The position numbers and the translations under genes are program-made. The notes below the pieces were generated by a model. It ran no database searches. It was given only the letters and a program-made list of their open reading frames with translations, and had not been told where the DNA came from. From an uncultured Candidatus Saccharibacteria bacterium (GTDB taxonomy: Bacteria > Patescibacteriota > Doudnabacteria > UBA920 > 2-01-FULL-46-14), in the NCBI GenBank assembly GCA_964396685.1, contig CAYNFS010000001.1, positions 16,638 through 80,637 of the forward strand: a stretch of DNA of 64,000 nt, in the 5' to 3' direction. Within the stretch, counting starts at the first letter, position 1; every line of letters begins with the position of its first letter. This document shows positions 26,999-36,781 of the stretch, one piece after another.

Positions 26999-28455
26999 AA
27001 ATGTAAATAATAATACCTATCATCCTCCCGATTAATATGAAATCCAAATTTCTGGAAAAGTTTGAGCGATGCCTGATTGTCCTTTTCAACCTCTGCCACA
27101 ACACTCGAATTTTGGGGCAACCTTTTCAGCCCTTCAGCCAAAAGCTTTTTACCCAATCCTCGTCCTTGAAAAGACGGAGCAAGCGCTATCGAGATACGGT
27201 ATTTCCCCGGCTGCTGCATATCAAATCGACAATAGCCGGCAACCAATCCATCCGCTTCCAAAACGAAACACAAATTATTTTTATTTTGAAAGTATTGTTT
27301 ATTAAACCAAAACTCGTGCGATTCAAACGGTATGGGTTCGGCGTTCATTGAAACGGACCTGGCCTGCGGATGATTGCGAATCTTCCAAACCGCCTCCGCA
27401 TCTTCCTTCCTTGCGAGCCGCACGACAGTCCAAGATCTCGTCCCAATGTAAAAGGAATACTTTGCATCCGGGATTGGAATCCCGTCAAAAATGAAATAAA
27501 TTCTCGCGCATTTGCCGCAGAATAAGTAATTGTCTTCCTTTTTCAAGTCTGATTTGCAAATCGGGCAGACATACTTAAATTGATTGACCCCATTTAATTG
27601 TTCTTTGGTTATGATATGACAAGCCGTTTGGTTCAAAAAAACCCCGTGATTTAGATGAAATGGTTCTCGTGATTTGACATTTTTGAGACTTTTTACGTAG
27701 TGGGGTATGCCTCTTACGTAATCAGTGGCTCTCATGTAAACTTTTTGCGCAAAGTTATCCAGCTCATAAGTTGGCTCAAACAGAACAACCGTTCTTTTAC
27801 TTACTCTGACCATCTCATCAATAACTTTCTTGTAATTGTACGGTATCTGCTCTAAACAATGGGAAGTAAATACTATATCAAAACAATTGTCGGGATAAGG
27901 CAGCGAGACCGCGTCGGCTTTGCATAATTCCACACTACTAACGCCCATTTTCCGGATTTCTTCTCTACCATGAATAAGCCTGTTAAGGGATAAATCCATG
28001 CCGTAATATTGTTTTTCCTTGCCGAAAAATTTCATGACCGGGATTATGGTTGACATTTCACCGGCACCGACTTCTAAAACGCTTTGAAAATCAAATTGTG
28101 AGAGAATTTGATTATATTCATTTTTCTTTTTTTCTTCCTGGTCAATCCATCGCATTTTTTGGATTGTGCCGTCTATGTGACAATAAATCTTGTTCTGACC
28201 GTCTGTGTAATATTTGGCTTTTAGTGCATCACGGCCGGCATGCAGGTCGTATTTCGCCTCGACTCTGTCAGTCGTAAGTCTCCAATCAATATGCCGGAAA
28301 AGTTTTAAAAAAGGCCTAAAAGCAATAATCGCCATTGACTTTACGGTATTTTCAATCACGAACTCTCTGAAAGTGTCCTTTCTCGTAAAAGTAATCGCCT
28401 TGAGAACGGCGGCTAAAAAGTCTGTCAATCTTTTCCTTAATTTCAGTCCTTTCAT
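26995..28455 (-). CDS. fusion protein: SAM methyltransferase + CxxC...CxxC zinc ribbon + C-terminal GNAT acetyltransferase
   Basis: MTase motif I LEVGAGEMS. CPICKS...CGKC ribbon. GNAT motif A (QGRGLGKKLL). Confidence 0.65.
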   Translation of the reverse strand: MKGLKLRKRLTDFLAAVLKAITFTRKDTFREFVIENTVKSMAIIAFRPFLKLFRHIDWRLTTDRVEAKYDLHAGRDALKAKYYTDGQNKIYCHIDGTIQKMRWIDQEEKKKNEYNQILSQFDFQSVLEVGAGEMSTIIPVMKFFGKEKQYYGMDLSLNRLIHGREEIRKMGVSSVELCKADAVSLPYPDNCFDIVFTSHCLEQIPYNYKKVIDEMVRVSKRTVVLFEPTYELDNFAQKVYMRATDYVRGIPHYVKSLKNVKSREPFHLNHGVFLNQTACHIITKEQLNGVNQFKYVCPICKSDLKKEDNYLFCGKCARIYFIFDGIPIPDAKYSFYIGTRSWTVVRLARKEDAEAVWKIRNHPQARSVSMNAEPIPFESHEFWFNKQYFQNKNNLCFVLEADGLVAGYCRFDMQQPGKYRISIALAPSFQGRGLGKKLLAEGLKRLPQNSSVVAEVEKDNQASLKLFQKFGFHINREDDRYYYLHL

Positions 28456-29567
28456 TTCGCTATCATCTCCCAGGTTAAGGGTGTTCCAAATTCAATATCT
28501 CTGGATGCACTTTTGCCCAAAACTTCCTCGTAATATTTTGGCTCAAGCCCGAAAGCCGGCCGGATGACCCGAATGTTTTCTGGACTAAATTTCTCGCCCC
28601 GTCTGATGTCCTTGACTAGAAAAATTGATCGTCTAAATCTTTTGTTGTATTCTTCAGCAGGGTTTACCGGACCATATTTAACTAAACCAGCTTGTGTCTC
28701 CTCTGTAGTAGCGCGCCCATTTATGGGCCGATAAATCGGCATGCTACGAATCTCCTCTACCATCCCTTTAAATTCCTGCGGCTCGAGAGAAAACCGCGCA
28801 TCCGGCCCGCCATCCTCTCGCGACAAAGTTAGATGCTTTTCAATAACCAAAGCCCCTGCTTTCACAGCCTCAATGGGCAATTCAATTCCTGCACTGTTAT
28901 CAGAAAATCCGGTCACTGTATTGAATCTGTCTTGTAAATCTTTTATCGTTGCCAAATTGGCATTTGCCCTGTCTGGTTCCGCGCCGTACGAGGTCAGACA
29001 ATGGAGCAGAACCAAATCAGTCGTTCCGTTATCGCGAAGCGTTTTGACAGCTTCTTCAATCTCTTTAAGGCTTGCAAACCCAACTGATATAATCACCGGT
29101 TTTCCCGTAGCGCCGACTTTTTTGAGAAGCGGGATATCGGTCGCCTCGTAAGAAGCGATTTTGTAGCAAGGGACTCGGAGTTCCTCAAGAAAATCCACCG
29201 CCGTTGCGTCAAAAGGCGTAGAAAAAAATATCAGTCCCAAATCGGTCGCCAAATTTTGCAGTTTTGGATGCCAGTCCCAAGGAGTATAAGCTTTCTGATA
29301 AAGCTTATACAAAGTCTTCCCTTGCCATTCTTTGGGATTATCCGCTCCCCCGACCAAAAACCATTCTTTATCCGAATCAATAGTCATGGTGTCGGCCATA
29401 TAGGTTTGCAATTTCACCGCATCAGCTCCGGCTTCTGCCGCGGCTCTCACTAATTGCTCGGCCCGATTATAATCATGCAGGTGATTGCCGGACAACTCGG
29501 CCACGACAAACACCGGCTGGCCTGGCCCGATTGTTCGATTCTTAATTTTTAGGCCATCAATTTGCAT
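28452..29567 (-). CDS. neuB: NeuB-family nonulosonic acid synthase (N-acetylneuraminate/pseudaminate/legionaminate synthase-like) with SAF domain
   Basis: VFVVAELSGNHLHDYNRAEQLVRAAAEAGADAVKLQTY, HC and C-terminal SAF. Canonical length of about 370 aa. Confidence 0.85.
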   Translation of the reverse strand: MQIDGLKIKNRTIGPGQPVFVVAELSGNHLHDYNRAEQLVRAAAEAGADAVKLQTYMADTMTIDSDKEWFLVGGADNPKEWQGKTLYKLYQKAYTPWDWHPKLQNLATDLGLIFFSTPFDATAVDFLEELRVPCYKIASYEATDIPLLKKVGATGKPVIISVGFASLKEIEEAVKTLRDNGTTDLVLLHCLTSYGAEPDRANANLATIKDLQDRFNTVTGFSDNSAGIELPIEAVKAGALVIEKHLTLSREDGGPDARFSLEPQEFKGMVEEIRSMPIYRPINGRATTEETQAGLVKYGPVNPAEEYNKRFRRSIFLVKDIRRGEKFSPENIRVIRPAFGLEPKYYEEVLGKSASRDIEFGTPLTWEMIAK

Positions 29568-30183
29568 ATTGTCTGGCTCTCAAGGCGTTAATTCCATTCC
29601 TCTCATTTTTTTCAATCCCCCTCATTTTAGGATTATTGTATAGATTCCCGATTATACTCTTCCACCTGCTGGGCTCTTTACTCAAAAGAATGTCCTCGGC
29701 CGCTATAATTTTGACATTGGATTTTCGCAAAGATTCCAAATCAGGTTTGTACTCAATCATCGCTTTAACCCGACCTACATGGCACCGACTAGTAATGATT
29801 AATATTTCTGAAAAACCAGTCTGGCCGAAAGAAACTAAAGCCATAAGCTGCTCATGCGTATTATTTGATTTATGCTCGGTGATTATTCGATTTGTCTGAA
29901 CGCCAAGCTCAACCAGTTCATACTTAATAATGTCCGAGAGATCGGGCCTAGCCGGCTCATCATTGACAACATCGTGACCTCTTTGGCCCGGAACGAAGAT
30001 TATCGCTTCTGGAAAATCATTGGACAAATAATAAGTCGCCCACTCTCGAAGTGTTCCACCAGGAATCCCGTAATCAAAATCCTCATCATCCCAACCAGTG
30101 CTCATCCATTTGCCGTCTTTGCTCTTTACACCAGCGCACAAAATGCAGATTATTTTATTTTTAGAATTCGGATACATTCGCAT
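29557..30183 (-). CDS. DUF218/YdcF-like family protein
   Basis: ILIITSRCHVGRVKAM resembles the DUF218 conserved core. Weak call. Confidence 0.4.
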   Translation of the reverse strand: MRMYPNSKNKIICILCAGVKSKDGKWMSTGWDDEDFDYGIPGGTLREWATYYLSNDFPEAIIFVPGQRGHDVVNDEPARPDLSDIIKYELVELGVQTNRIITEHKSNNTHEQLMALVSFGQTGFSEILIITSRCHVGRVKAMIEYKPDLESLRKSNVKIIAAEDILLSKEPSRWKSIIGNLYNNPKMRGIEKNERNGINALRARQYAN

Positions 30184-30194
30184 ATTCGAATCTC

Positions 30195-31481
30195 TTATCT
30201 CACCTTAAAAATATTAGTGATTGGCTTACCTTTGAGAGCTTTGCGGAGTTGCTCATTGGCAAGCAATACACTTAATTTCGCAAAAATCTCGTCATAAGCT
30301 TCCAAAAGTTTATCTGCATCGCCTTTGGTATGGCTAAAACTCATATTATGACTGCCGTACCACAAAAAACCTCTTTGCAAGAGCTCCTGTTGGATATAAC
30401 TTTTGATTTCCAAATCCGAAAAACCGTTTGATTCGTGAATGCTAAATACTTGCCAGGCTGGATTTCCTTTGACCTCAACAATTCCTCTCAAACCATGGCT
30501 TAAGATTAGATCATTAGTTTTGGTTTGCAAATATGTGCCAAGTTTTTTGATATAGGAAATAACATTGCGTCTTTCCATCTCCTTGATTGTGGCAATCGCG
30601 GCCGCGATGGACAGGATTTCTCCGCCTTGAGTAAACGAATAAAATATATCTTTTATCTTTTCCATGTACTTCCGCTTGCCCACCAGCGCGGAAATCGGCA
30701 TACCGTTGGCCATGGATTTGCCGAAAGCGGCCAAATCCGGCGTAACCCCGAAAAGTTTTTGCGCGCCTCCCAAATCAAACCGAAATCCGGTAATAACTTC
30801 GTCAAAGATGAGCAGTGCGCCATGCTTATGCGCCAGCGCCTTGACCTTGCGCAGGAAATTATCTTTCGGCTCCTCATAACTCATGGGCTCCATAATCACG
30901 GCTGCGACTTGATTTTTATACCGCTTGAAGATTTTTTCGAGTGAAGCAAGATTGTTATATTCAAACTTATGCGTGAGCTGCTGGGTAGATTTTGGCACAC
31001 CCAAATTTCTGGGAGTAGACCCAATATACCAATCATGCCAGCCGTGATATCCGCAAACGGCAAGGTGCTCTCGGTCTGTTGCGGCTCTTGCTAATCTGAT
31101 GGCTCCAGTCGTGGCATCTGATCCATTTTTTCCAAATCTCACCATCTCGGCACAAGGAATATGTTTTTTAAGAAGCGTCGCCAACTCGTATTCCAGAGGC
31201 GAAGGTAGCGAAAAGATGATTCCCTTTTTAAGCTGCTTTTTAATTGCCTCATCCACTGCGGGATATTGGTAGCCCAAAATTACCGGCAATAAGGCATTAA
31301 TAAAATCGAGATATTTATAACCGTCAATGTCCCAAACGTTTGCTCCTTTTCCGCGCTCAAGAAAAAGCGGCGCCGCACCTTTTACAAACTGTAAATAACT
31401 TTTACTGAAGGTTTGGGAGGCTAATGGAATTACCTTCTCGACTTGTTTTAGAAATTGATTACTTTTGCGAAAATGTCTCAT
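30195..31481 (-). CDS. class III (GSA-aminomutase-like) PLP-dependent aminotransferase
   Basis: AT-III fold motifs (FDEVITGFR, PLP Lys region). ORF track start 31547 overlaps the upstream gene; internal Met at 31481 is used here. Confidence 0.8.
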   Translation of the reverse strand: MRHFRKSNQFLKQVEKVIPLASQTFSKSYLQFVKGAAPLFLERGKGANVWDIDGYKYLDFINALLPVILGYQYPAVDEAIKKQLKKGIIFSLPSPLEYELATLLKKHIPCAEMVRFGKNGSDATTGAIRLARAATDREHLAVCGYHGWHDWYIGSTPRNLGVPKSTQQLTHKFEYNNLASLEKIFKRYKNQVAAVIMEPMSYEEPKDNFLRKVKALAHKHGALLIFDEVITGFRFDLGGAQKLFGVTPDLAAFGKSMANGMPISALVGKRKYMEKIKDIFYSFTQGGEILSIAAAIATIKEMERRNVISYIKKLGTYLQTKTNDLILSHGLRGIVEVKGNPAWQVFSIHESNGFSDLEIKSYIQQELLQRGFLWYGSHNMSFSHTKGDADKLLEAYDEIFAKLSVLLANEQLRKALKGKPITNIFKVR

Positions 31482-31491
31482 GACTATATGA

Positions 31492-32274
31492 TTAGACCGA
31501 GGATTTAGTGATAAAGTCGTTAGCAAGCGATTTGAGGAGACCCTCATTCCTGGTAATACTCAAATTCTTAACCGCTACCTTCATATTTTTAGTCAAAAGC
31601 GAAATATGATGAAGGTAGCCATCGGTAATTCGACTGTTGGTAATTAAAAATTTTGCCACCTCGAAATCTTCCTTTTCATCCACCGTGAACCGAAAATGCC
31701 TAAAATCGGCAGGCGCTTTGAGGTTTCCTTTTTTGTACTTTTGGCGTTTGCGTATATACAAAGTTACGTGTTCGCGTTCCGAAAAAAGTTTGGCAAAACG
31801 GTCTGCCTCAAGCAAGGCTTTTCTCGTAAAAACCTCTACATCCAGACCGTCGGGGAAAGTTTCTTCGAGAATATTGGCCGCATAATCGTAACGTTTTAGG
31901 CGGTATAACTTAATCACTTCATAGATAACCTCTGGATCAATCAAAGGGCAATCGCCAGTGACTCGCACGATATTACGGTACTGAGAATATCGCCGGGCGC
32001 ACTCCGCATAACGGTTTAACACATCTTGTTCGGAACCTCGAAAGCACGCAACTCTTAACTTGTTACACAACCTGACTACTTTTATATCCTCTTTATTTGT
32101 TGTTGTTGCAACCACGATCTTGTCAATCCCGTCAGCCAGTTGCACCCTTCTAATCTCGTATGCAAGAAGTGGAATCCCTTTAACTTTAAGCAAAACTTTT
32201 CCGGGCAGCCGGGTTGATCCCAAACGAGCTTGGATGATGCACAGGGTTTTCCCTCTCATTTTCGTTGCACGCAA
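31492..32274 (-). CDS. CMP-sugar cytidylyltransferase (acylneuraminate cytidylyltransferase / SpsF-PseF-like)
   Basis: LCIIQARLGSTRLPGKVL motif. Confidence 0.8.
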   Translation of the reverse strand: MRATKMRGKTLCIIQARLGSTRLPGKVLLKVKGIPLLAYEIRRVQLADGIDKIVVATTTNKEDIKVVRLCNKLRVACFRGSEQDVLNRYAECARRYSQYRNIVRVTGDCPLIDPEVIYEVIKLYRLKRYDYAANILEETFPDGLDVEVFTRKALLEADRFAKLFSEREHVTLYIRKRQKYKKGNLKAPADFRHFRFTVDEKEDFEVAKFLITNSRITDGYLHHISLLTKNMKVAVKNLSITRNEGLLKSLANDFITKSSV

Positions 32275-33215
32275 TATTTTAAGACTTGACTGGCAATCGA
32301 CAGATTGTTGAACGTCTGCTCTCGTCGGCTAACACACTGAAAAAAATATTTTATCTCATCAATGTAAGTCTGGTTAAATACAAAGCCTTTCGGATGCAGC
32401 AGCTTTTTTGTCCGGTTTTTTGACTTAAGCCAGACGACATTTTCGTGAAAATCCCACTCTAAATTCCCCTTTTCCCCCACAACCTTACAGTTTCTGGAGT
32501 AATGCTGCTGCAGATAGTCAGAATGAATGGAAGCAAAAATATCATTTTGAAATCGAAAAATAGCCAGGCTTAAATCCTCAGTTTCAATTTCTAAGTTGCT
32601 GACCCGCTCATAGAAAAATTTAGACTGGCGTACGGGACTGAAATTGTTTAACCAAAAAGCTAAATCAAATTCGTGGATATCGTCCAAAATAATTCCGCCA
32701 CCGGTGTCCCGTCGGGCCGCGAAATTTTTCCTATAATCAGTTTCCGGCCGCCAAAAAGGCAGATAATAACCGAATTCCAAATAAATGCTGTATATTTTAC
32801 CCAACTCCTTATTCGCCAGATAGTTTTTGATGAACCGCAGACAAGGATGAAAACGTAGGTTACATCCGACCATGGTGATTAATTTTTTCCTCTGGCAAAT
32901 CTTGTTTAACATCGCCACTCCAAGCAAATTGTGGGAGAGTGGCTTTTCAATAAAAAGGTGACAACCGGCCTTTGCCGCAAGCATCGCCTGCTTAATATGC
33001 AGATGGTTCGGCGAACAAATGAATGCGACATCAAATTTTTCTAAAGTTCCCATTCCTAAATTTTGAATTTTGAATTTTGAATTTTGAATTTTGCGCGAGT
33101 TAGAATCATAAACATAAACCTGTTCGTAACCCAAGGCGAGCAAGTTCTTATAGTGCCTCTTCCCAATTGACCCAACCCCAATTATTAAAATTTTAGGATT
33201 GAATTGTTTCGGCAT
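32256..33215 (-). CDS. Gfo/Idh/MocA family oxidoreductase carrying an in-frame heptanucleotide repeat
   Basis: Rossmann motif ILIIGVGSIGKRHYKNL. ORF track start 33401 is unlikely (it overlaps the upstream stop); Met at 33215 is used. Confidence 0.75.
   Translation of the reverse strand: MPKQFNPKILIIGVGSIGKRHYKNLLALGYEQVYVYDSNSRKIQNSKFKIQNLGMGTLEKFDVAFICSPNHLHIKQAMLAAKAGCHLFIEKPLSHNLLGVAMLNKICQRKKLITMVGCNLRFHPCLRFIKNYLANKELGKIYSIYLEFGYYLPFWRPETDYRKNFAARRDTGGGIILDDIHEFDLAFWLNNFSPVRQSKFFYERVSNLEIETEDLSLAIFRFQNDIFASIHSDYLQQHYSRNCKVVGEKGNLEWDFHENVVWLKSKNRTKKLLHPKGFVFNQTYIDEIKYFFQCVSRREQTFNNLSIASQVLKYCVQRK
33059..33093. repeat. heptanucleotide tandem repeat (aattttg)x5 inside the oxidoreductase CDS (encodes KIQNSKFKIQN)
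   Basis: Five perfect 7-mer units read directly from the sequence. Confidence 0.9.
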
Positions 33216-34305
33216 ATTGCCTGGTCCGAGCTTCGTATTCCTTAAGAAAATATCTTTTATCATAATATTTTTCGCCCATAAAAAGCGGAATCGTAAACCC
33301 CCCAAAACCGCGCTTAAATTTGGAAATATTGATCTGCTTTGGGGAGAAATAAGGGGTAAGATCGGGTGCAAAATATTGCCATCCCAGCTCGTAAAACTCA
33401 ATCTTACTTTTATGCATCCACTCGATCGCTGCCCACTGAATAAAATGAGACACTGGAATATCTTTTGCTTGCTCCGAAATACCTACGGAACCGTAATAAG
33501 CGTTATTTTTATAAACAAAGAAATAAATGAAACCTAGATAAGCGGCCCCCAGTTTGGCACCAGCCAAAAAAGCCTCACCGCGTTTTGCTGTCTCGTACAT
33601 ACTTTCGTAAGTTTTTGGCGAACGGATAATTCTTTTTGCTTCTTGTTGATGTAACTGAACATAGTTTTCAAAAATCTTGAGAGTAAGCTTATTTTGGTCA
33701 AAAAACTCCGCCTCCAAGGTCTTAGCTCCTTGAGCAATTGCCGCATCGTGGCCATGGCGCAAATCACGACGAAGGACCGACAACGGCTGTTTGAGATCAA
33801 TCACCTGCGTACTGATCGAACAATCCAAGTATCCGAACTTGTGAAGAAAATTAGATCTTCGTCTTAAGGTTTCCTGCAAATAAGATTTGTTCAGGGTGAC
33901 AAACCGAAAACTGGCTCTACTGACACGATGCTTTCGCGCCAACCGGTCAACTTCTTCAAAAATAAACTTCAAGACTTTCTCTCTGATCTTCGGAGATAAA
34001 TCATTCGCCAAAGCCGGAACGGGAAGGGGAATATCACCCATGGTAAACTCGCGGCCAGTAGCCTTGGTCTCAAGAAATAAAGGACAAATCGCCAAAATTT
34101 TGCCGTTGTCTTCCACAATAAAAGATAAGGATAGGGGGTAAAAATCGGTGCGATAATCCAAGTTATACCGAAGCCAAGAAGTAGTATGCCAAAACCAAGC
34201 ATCATCGCTTTTTAGACAAAATTCGTCCCAGAGGAGATAATTTTTTGCAGTCAATTCTTTAATCTCCATTTGAAACTTGGAAAAAGGTTTTAATGACTTT
34301 AGCAA
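33193..34305 (-). CDS. FemAB/BioF2-like GNAT-fold acyltransferase (putative sugar aminoacyl/acyl transferase)
   Basis: Length, charge pattern and C-terminal GNAT-like region resemble Acetyltransf_6/FemAB. Weak. Confidence 0.4.
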   Translation of the reverse strand: MLKSLKPFSKFQMEIKELTAKNYLLWDEFCLKSDDAWFWHTTSWLRYNLDYRTDFYPLSLSFIVEDNGKILAICPLFLETKATGREFTMGDIPLPVPALANDLSPKIREKVLKFIFEEVDRLARKHRVSRASFRFVTLNKSYLQETLRRRSNFLHKFGYLDCSISTQVIDLKQPLSVLRRDLRHGHDAAIAQGAKTLEAEFFDQNKLTLKIFENYVQLHQQEAKRIIRSPKTYESMYETAKRGEAFLAGAKLGAAYLGFIYFFVYKNNAYYGSVGISEQAKDIPVSHFIQWAAIEWMHKSKIEFYELGWQYFAPDLTPYFSPKQINISKFKRGFGGFTIPLFMGEKYYDKRYFLKEYEARTRQYAETIQS

Positions 34306-35380
34306 TAGATTTCACCTCGCCTCGGGAAAGTCTAGGGAAACAGGGTAAAGTCAGGCAAGAACGGTGATAAACTTCGGCGTTGGGAAGTTGTAAATTTTTG
34401 TACCCAATTTTCTGATAATATGGGTGGGAATAAACTGCCGGATAATGAAAATTTACTCCAATTCCCCGCTCTTTCAAAAAACTCATCAAGGGGTCCCGCA
34501 ATTCAGGGTTTGTGACCAGAACCACATAAAGGTGCCAGCCGGAATAATTTCTCGGAAGTTGTTTGGGTAAGACGATCTCTTTGACTTGGTTTAATTCTTG
34601 ATAATACCATTCCGCCACCTTGTGCCTTTTGTGAAGAAAACTATCCAGTCGTTTCAGTTGCGAGAGGCCCAGCGCCGCTTGCAAGTCTGTTGTCCGGTAA
34701 TTATAGCCCAGGTCAATCATGACATTTTTGCCAGCTTGGTCTTTGTAAATCCCGTGATTCCTGAGCGAAACTAATCTCCGATAATATTTTTCGTTATCAG
34801 TCAAAATCGCTCCTCCCTCCGCCGTGGTAATAGCTTTTACTGGGTGAAAACTAAAAACCGCCATGTCACTTTTTAGCGAACCAATTTTTTTATTCCGGTA
34901 TCTGGCCCCCAACGCATGACAAGCATCCTCAATCACAATCAGCCGATATTTTTTTGCCAGCTTTAAAACTTTCTCCATTTCGACCGGCTGGCCGGCAAAG
35001 TGAACAGGGATAATTGCTTTCGTTTTTTTAGTCAGGAGTTTCTCAATTTTCGCTTCATCCAAATTGTAAGTATCAAGGCGGATGTCGGTGAAAACTGGCT
35101 TTGCCCCAACGGCCAAAAGCATATTTGCGGTGGCAGCAAAAGTGTTTGGTGTAGTAATCACCTCATCGCCTTTTTTCAATCCTGCCGCAAGGTACGCCAA
35201 GTGCAAAGCGTCCGTCCCGTGACTCGTGGCCACGGCGTATTTCGCGCCACAGTAACGGGCCAATGCCTCCTCAAAAGCCGAAATGTTTGGTCCTTGGGTT
35301 AACCAATCTGAGCGCAAAACCTTGATGACCGCAGCAATATCCTCGGCACTAATAGTTTGTCGTCCATAAGGGATCGCCAT
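34259..35380 (-). CDS. DegT/DnrJ/EryC1/StrS family PLP-dependent sugar aminotransferase
   Basis: Characteristic N-terminus (IPYGRQTISAEDIAAV...WLTQGP) and PLP-Lys region (FSFHPVKAIT). Confidence 0.9.
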   Translation of the reverse strand: MAIPYGRQTISAEDIAAVIKVLRSDWLTQGPNISAFEEALARYCGAKYAVATSHGTDALHLAYLAAGLKKGDEVITTPNTFAATANMLLAVGAKPVFTDIRLDTYNLDEAKIEKLLTKKTKAIIPVHFAGQPVEMEKVLKLAKKYRLIVIEDACHALGARYRNKKIGSLKSDMAVFSFHPVKAITTAEGGAILTDNEKYYRRLVSLRNHGIYKDQAGKNVMIDLGYNYRTTDLQAALGLSQLKRLDSFLHKRHKVAEWYYQELNQVKEIVLPKQLPRNYSGWHLYVVLVTNPELRDPLMSFLKERGIGVNFHYPAVYSHPYYQKIGYKNLQLPNAEVYHRSCLTLPCFPRLSRGEVKSIAKVIKTFFQVSNGD

Positions 35381-35396
35381 AATAATTTTTCTTTAA

Positions 35397-35810
35397 TTAC
35401 TTATACTCGATATCCCAAATATTCCATTTATCATAGGGAAAACGAATGTCGTCCTTTTCACTTTCTTCTAAGCTTAGGGAAGAAAAGAAAATTACAATTG
35501 TGTCTTCCTCTAAAGTCATAAAACCGTTGGCGTGATTCGGTGGAATCCACAAAATTCGCGGCTTTTCGGCTGCCAGCACGAATTTTTCAACTTCTTCAGT
35601 GTGCAAATTAACCACTCCAACAAATGCCGAACCACGCGCGACATAAACATATTTCTGCTCGGTCTTATGCCCGTGCCAACCACGGATAAAACCTCGTCGA
35701 TGGTTTTCGATCTGATAAAACCGCTTGACGTTTTTGAAATCAAAATCGTTGACGAACCGCACAACGCCGCGTTGATCAAAAACCAAATCACCAGATATTA
35801 AGTTAGCCAT
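35397..35810 (-). CDS. WxcM/FdtA-like cupin (sugar 3,4-ketoisomerase family)
   Basis: FYQIENHRRGFIRGWHGHK and downstream His residues. About 135 aa. Confidence 0.65.
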   Translation of the reverse strand: MANLISGDLVFDQRGVVRFVNDFDFKNVKRFYQIENHRRGFIRGWHGHKTEQKYVYVARGSAFVGVVNLHTEEVEKFVLAAEKPRILWIPPNHANGFMTLEEDTIVIFFSSLSLEESEKDDIRFPYDKWNIWDIEYK

Positions 35811-35833
35811 ATTCTTTCTTCTTAATGTTAATT

Positions 35834-36781
35834 TTAAATTATGCGACTTTTAATAAACTGGGCATTGGAATAGTTAATGTCATTCGGTTCTCGCATCCGG
35901 TGCTCCTCTAAAATCTGGGAAAATTCTTTGATACCGAAAGGTAAGTCATATTTCGGGCGCCAACCATAAGAACGTAGTTTCTCCGAGCTAACTTTATAAT
36001 TACGCAAATCTTCGAATCTGATGTTAGAATAACTAATCCGCGTGTGCGGGATAATTTTTTTCACCTCTTCTGCAATATCGCAAATTCTAAAATTTTTGTA
36101 ATTGATATTAAATATGCCTTGCAAGTTCTGCTCTATGCCGAATAAAACCGCTTCGGCCACATCTTTAACATGAAGTAACGGCCGCCATTGCCCTCCGCCA
36201 AACACGTTAAGATTTCCAAGCAGTATGGCTTGTTTGGTCAGCGCGTTGACTACCAAGTCCATGCGGGGACGCGAGTATCGATCGCCCAGTCCGAAAAGCG
36301 TTGCCAGCCGAAAAATCAGATAATCTTTACTGTGCGCCACGACGCCTTGCTCCGCCTTCAATTTGCTTTCGGCGTAGACAGAAATGGGATTAAGTTTGGC
36401 ATCTTCGTCGAGTAAATCATCATTAATTCCATAAACCGAAGCGGTAGACATAAAGATAATTTTGCCGTGGTAATTTTTTGCCAGCCACTCGACCGGCTTT
36501 GTATTAATCTCAAAAGTCAAGGTTGGATTTACGGCACAAGCCGCGTCCCCAACTAATGCCGCAAGCCAAATCACGATATCAAAATTATTAATAATACTTC
36601 CAAGTCTTTCGTGGTCTCTCACGTCGCCATAAATAAACGAAGCGTTCTTCAAATACCGGGATTCGTACACCAAATTATCGTAAATCGTCACCTCATAACC
36701 CTTTTCTCTCAACAAATCCGTCAAATATCCCCCCACATAGCCGGCGCCGCCGGTAATTAAAATAGTTTTATCTTCAGACAT
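35834..36781 (-). CDS. NAD-dependent epimerase/dehydratase (extended SDR; nucleotide-sugar 4,6-dehydratase/4-epimerase-like)
   Basis: ILITGGAGYVGGYL and YAESK. Confidence 0.85.
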   Translation of the reverse strand: MSEDKTILITGGAGYVGGYLTDLLREKGYEVTIYDNLVYESRYLKNASFIYGDVRDHERLGSIINNFDIVIWLAALVGDAACAVNPTLTFEINTKPVEWLAKNYHGKIIFMSTASVYGINDDLLDEDAKLNPISVYAESKLKAEQGVVAHSKDYLIFRLATLFGLGDRYSRPRMDLVVNALTKQAILLGNLNVFGGGQWRPLLHVKDVAEAVLFGIEQNLQGIFNINYKNFRICDIAEEVKKIIPHTRISYSNIRFEDLRNYKVSSEKLRSYGWRPKYDLPFGIKEFSQILEEHRMREPNDINYSNAQFIKSRII

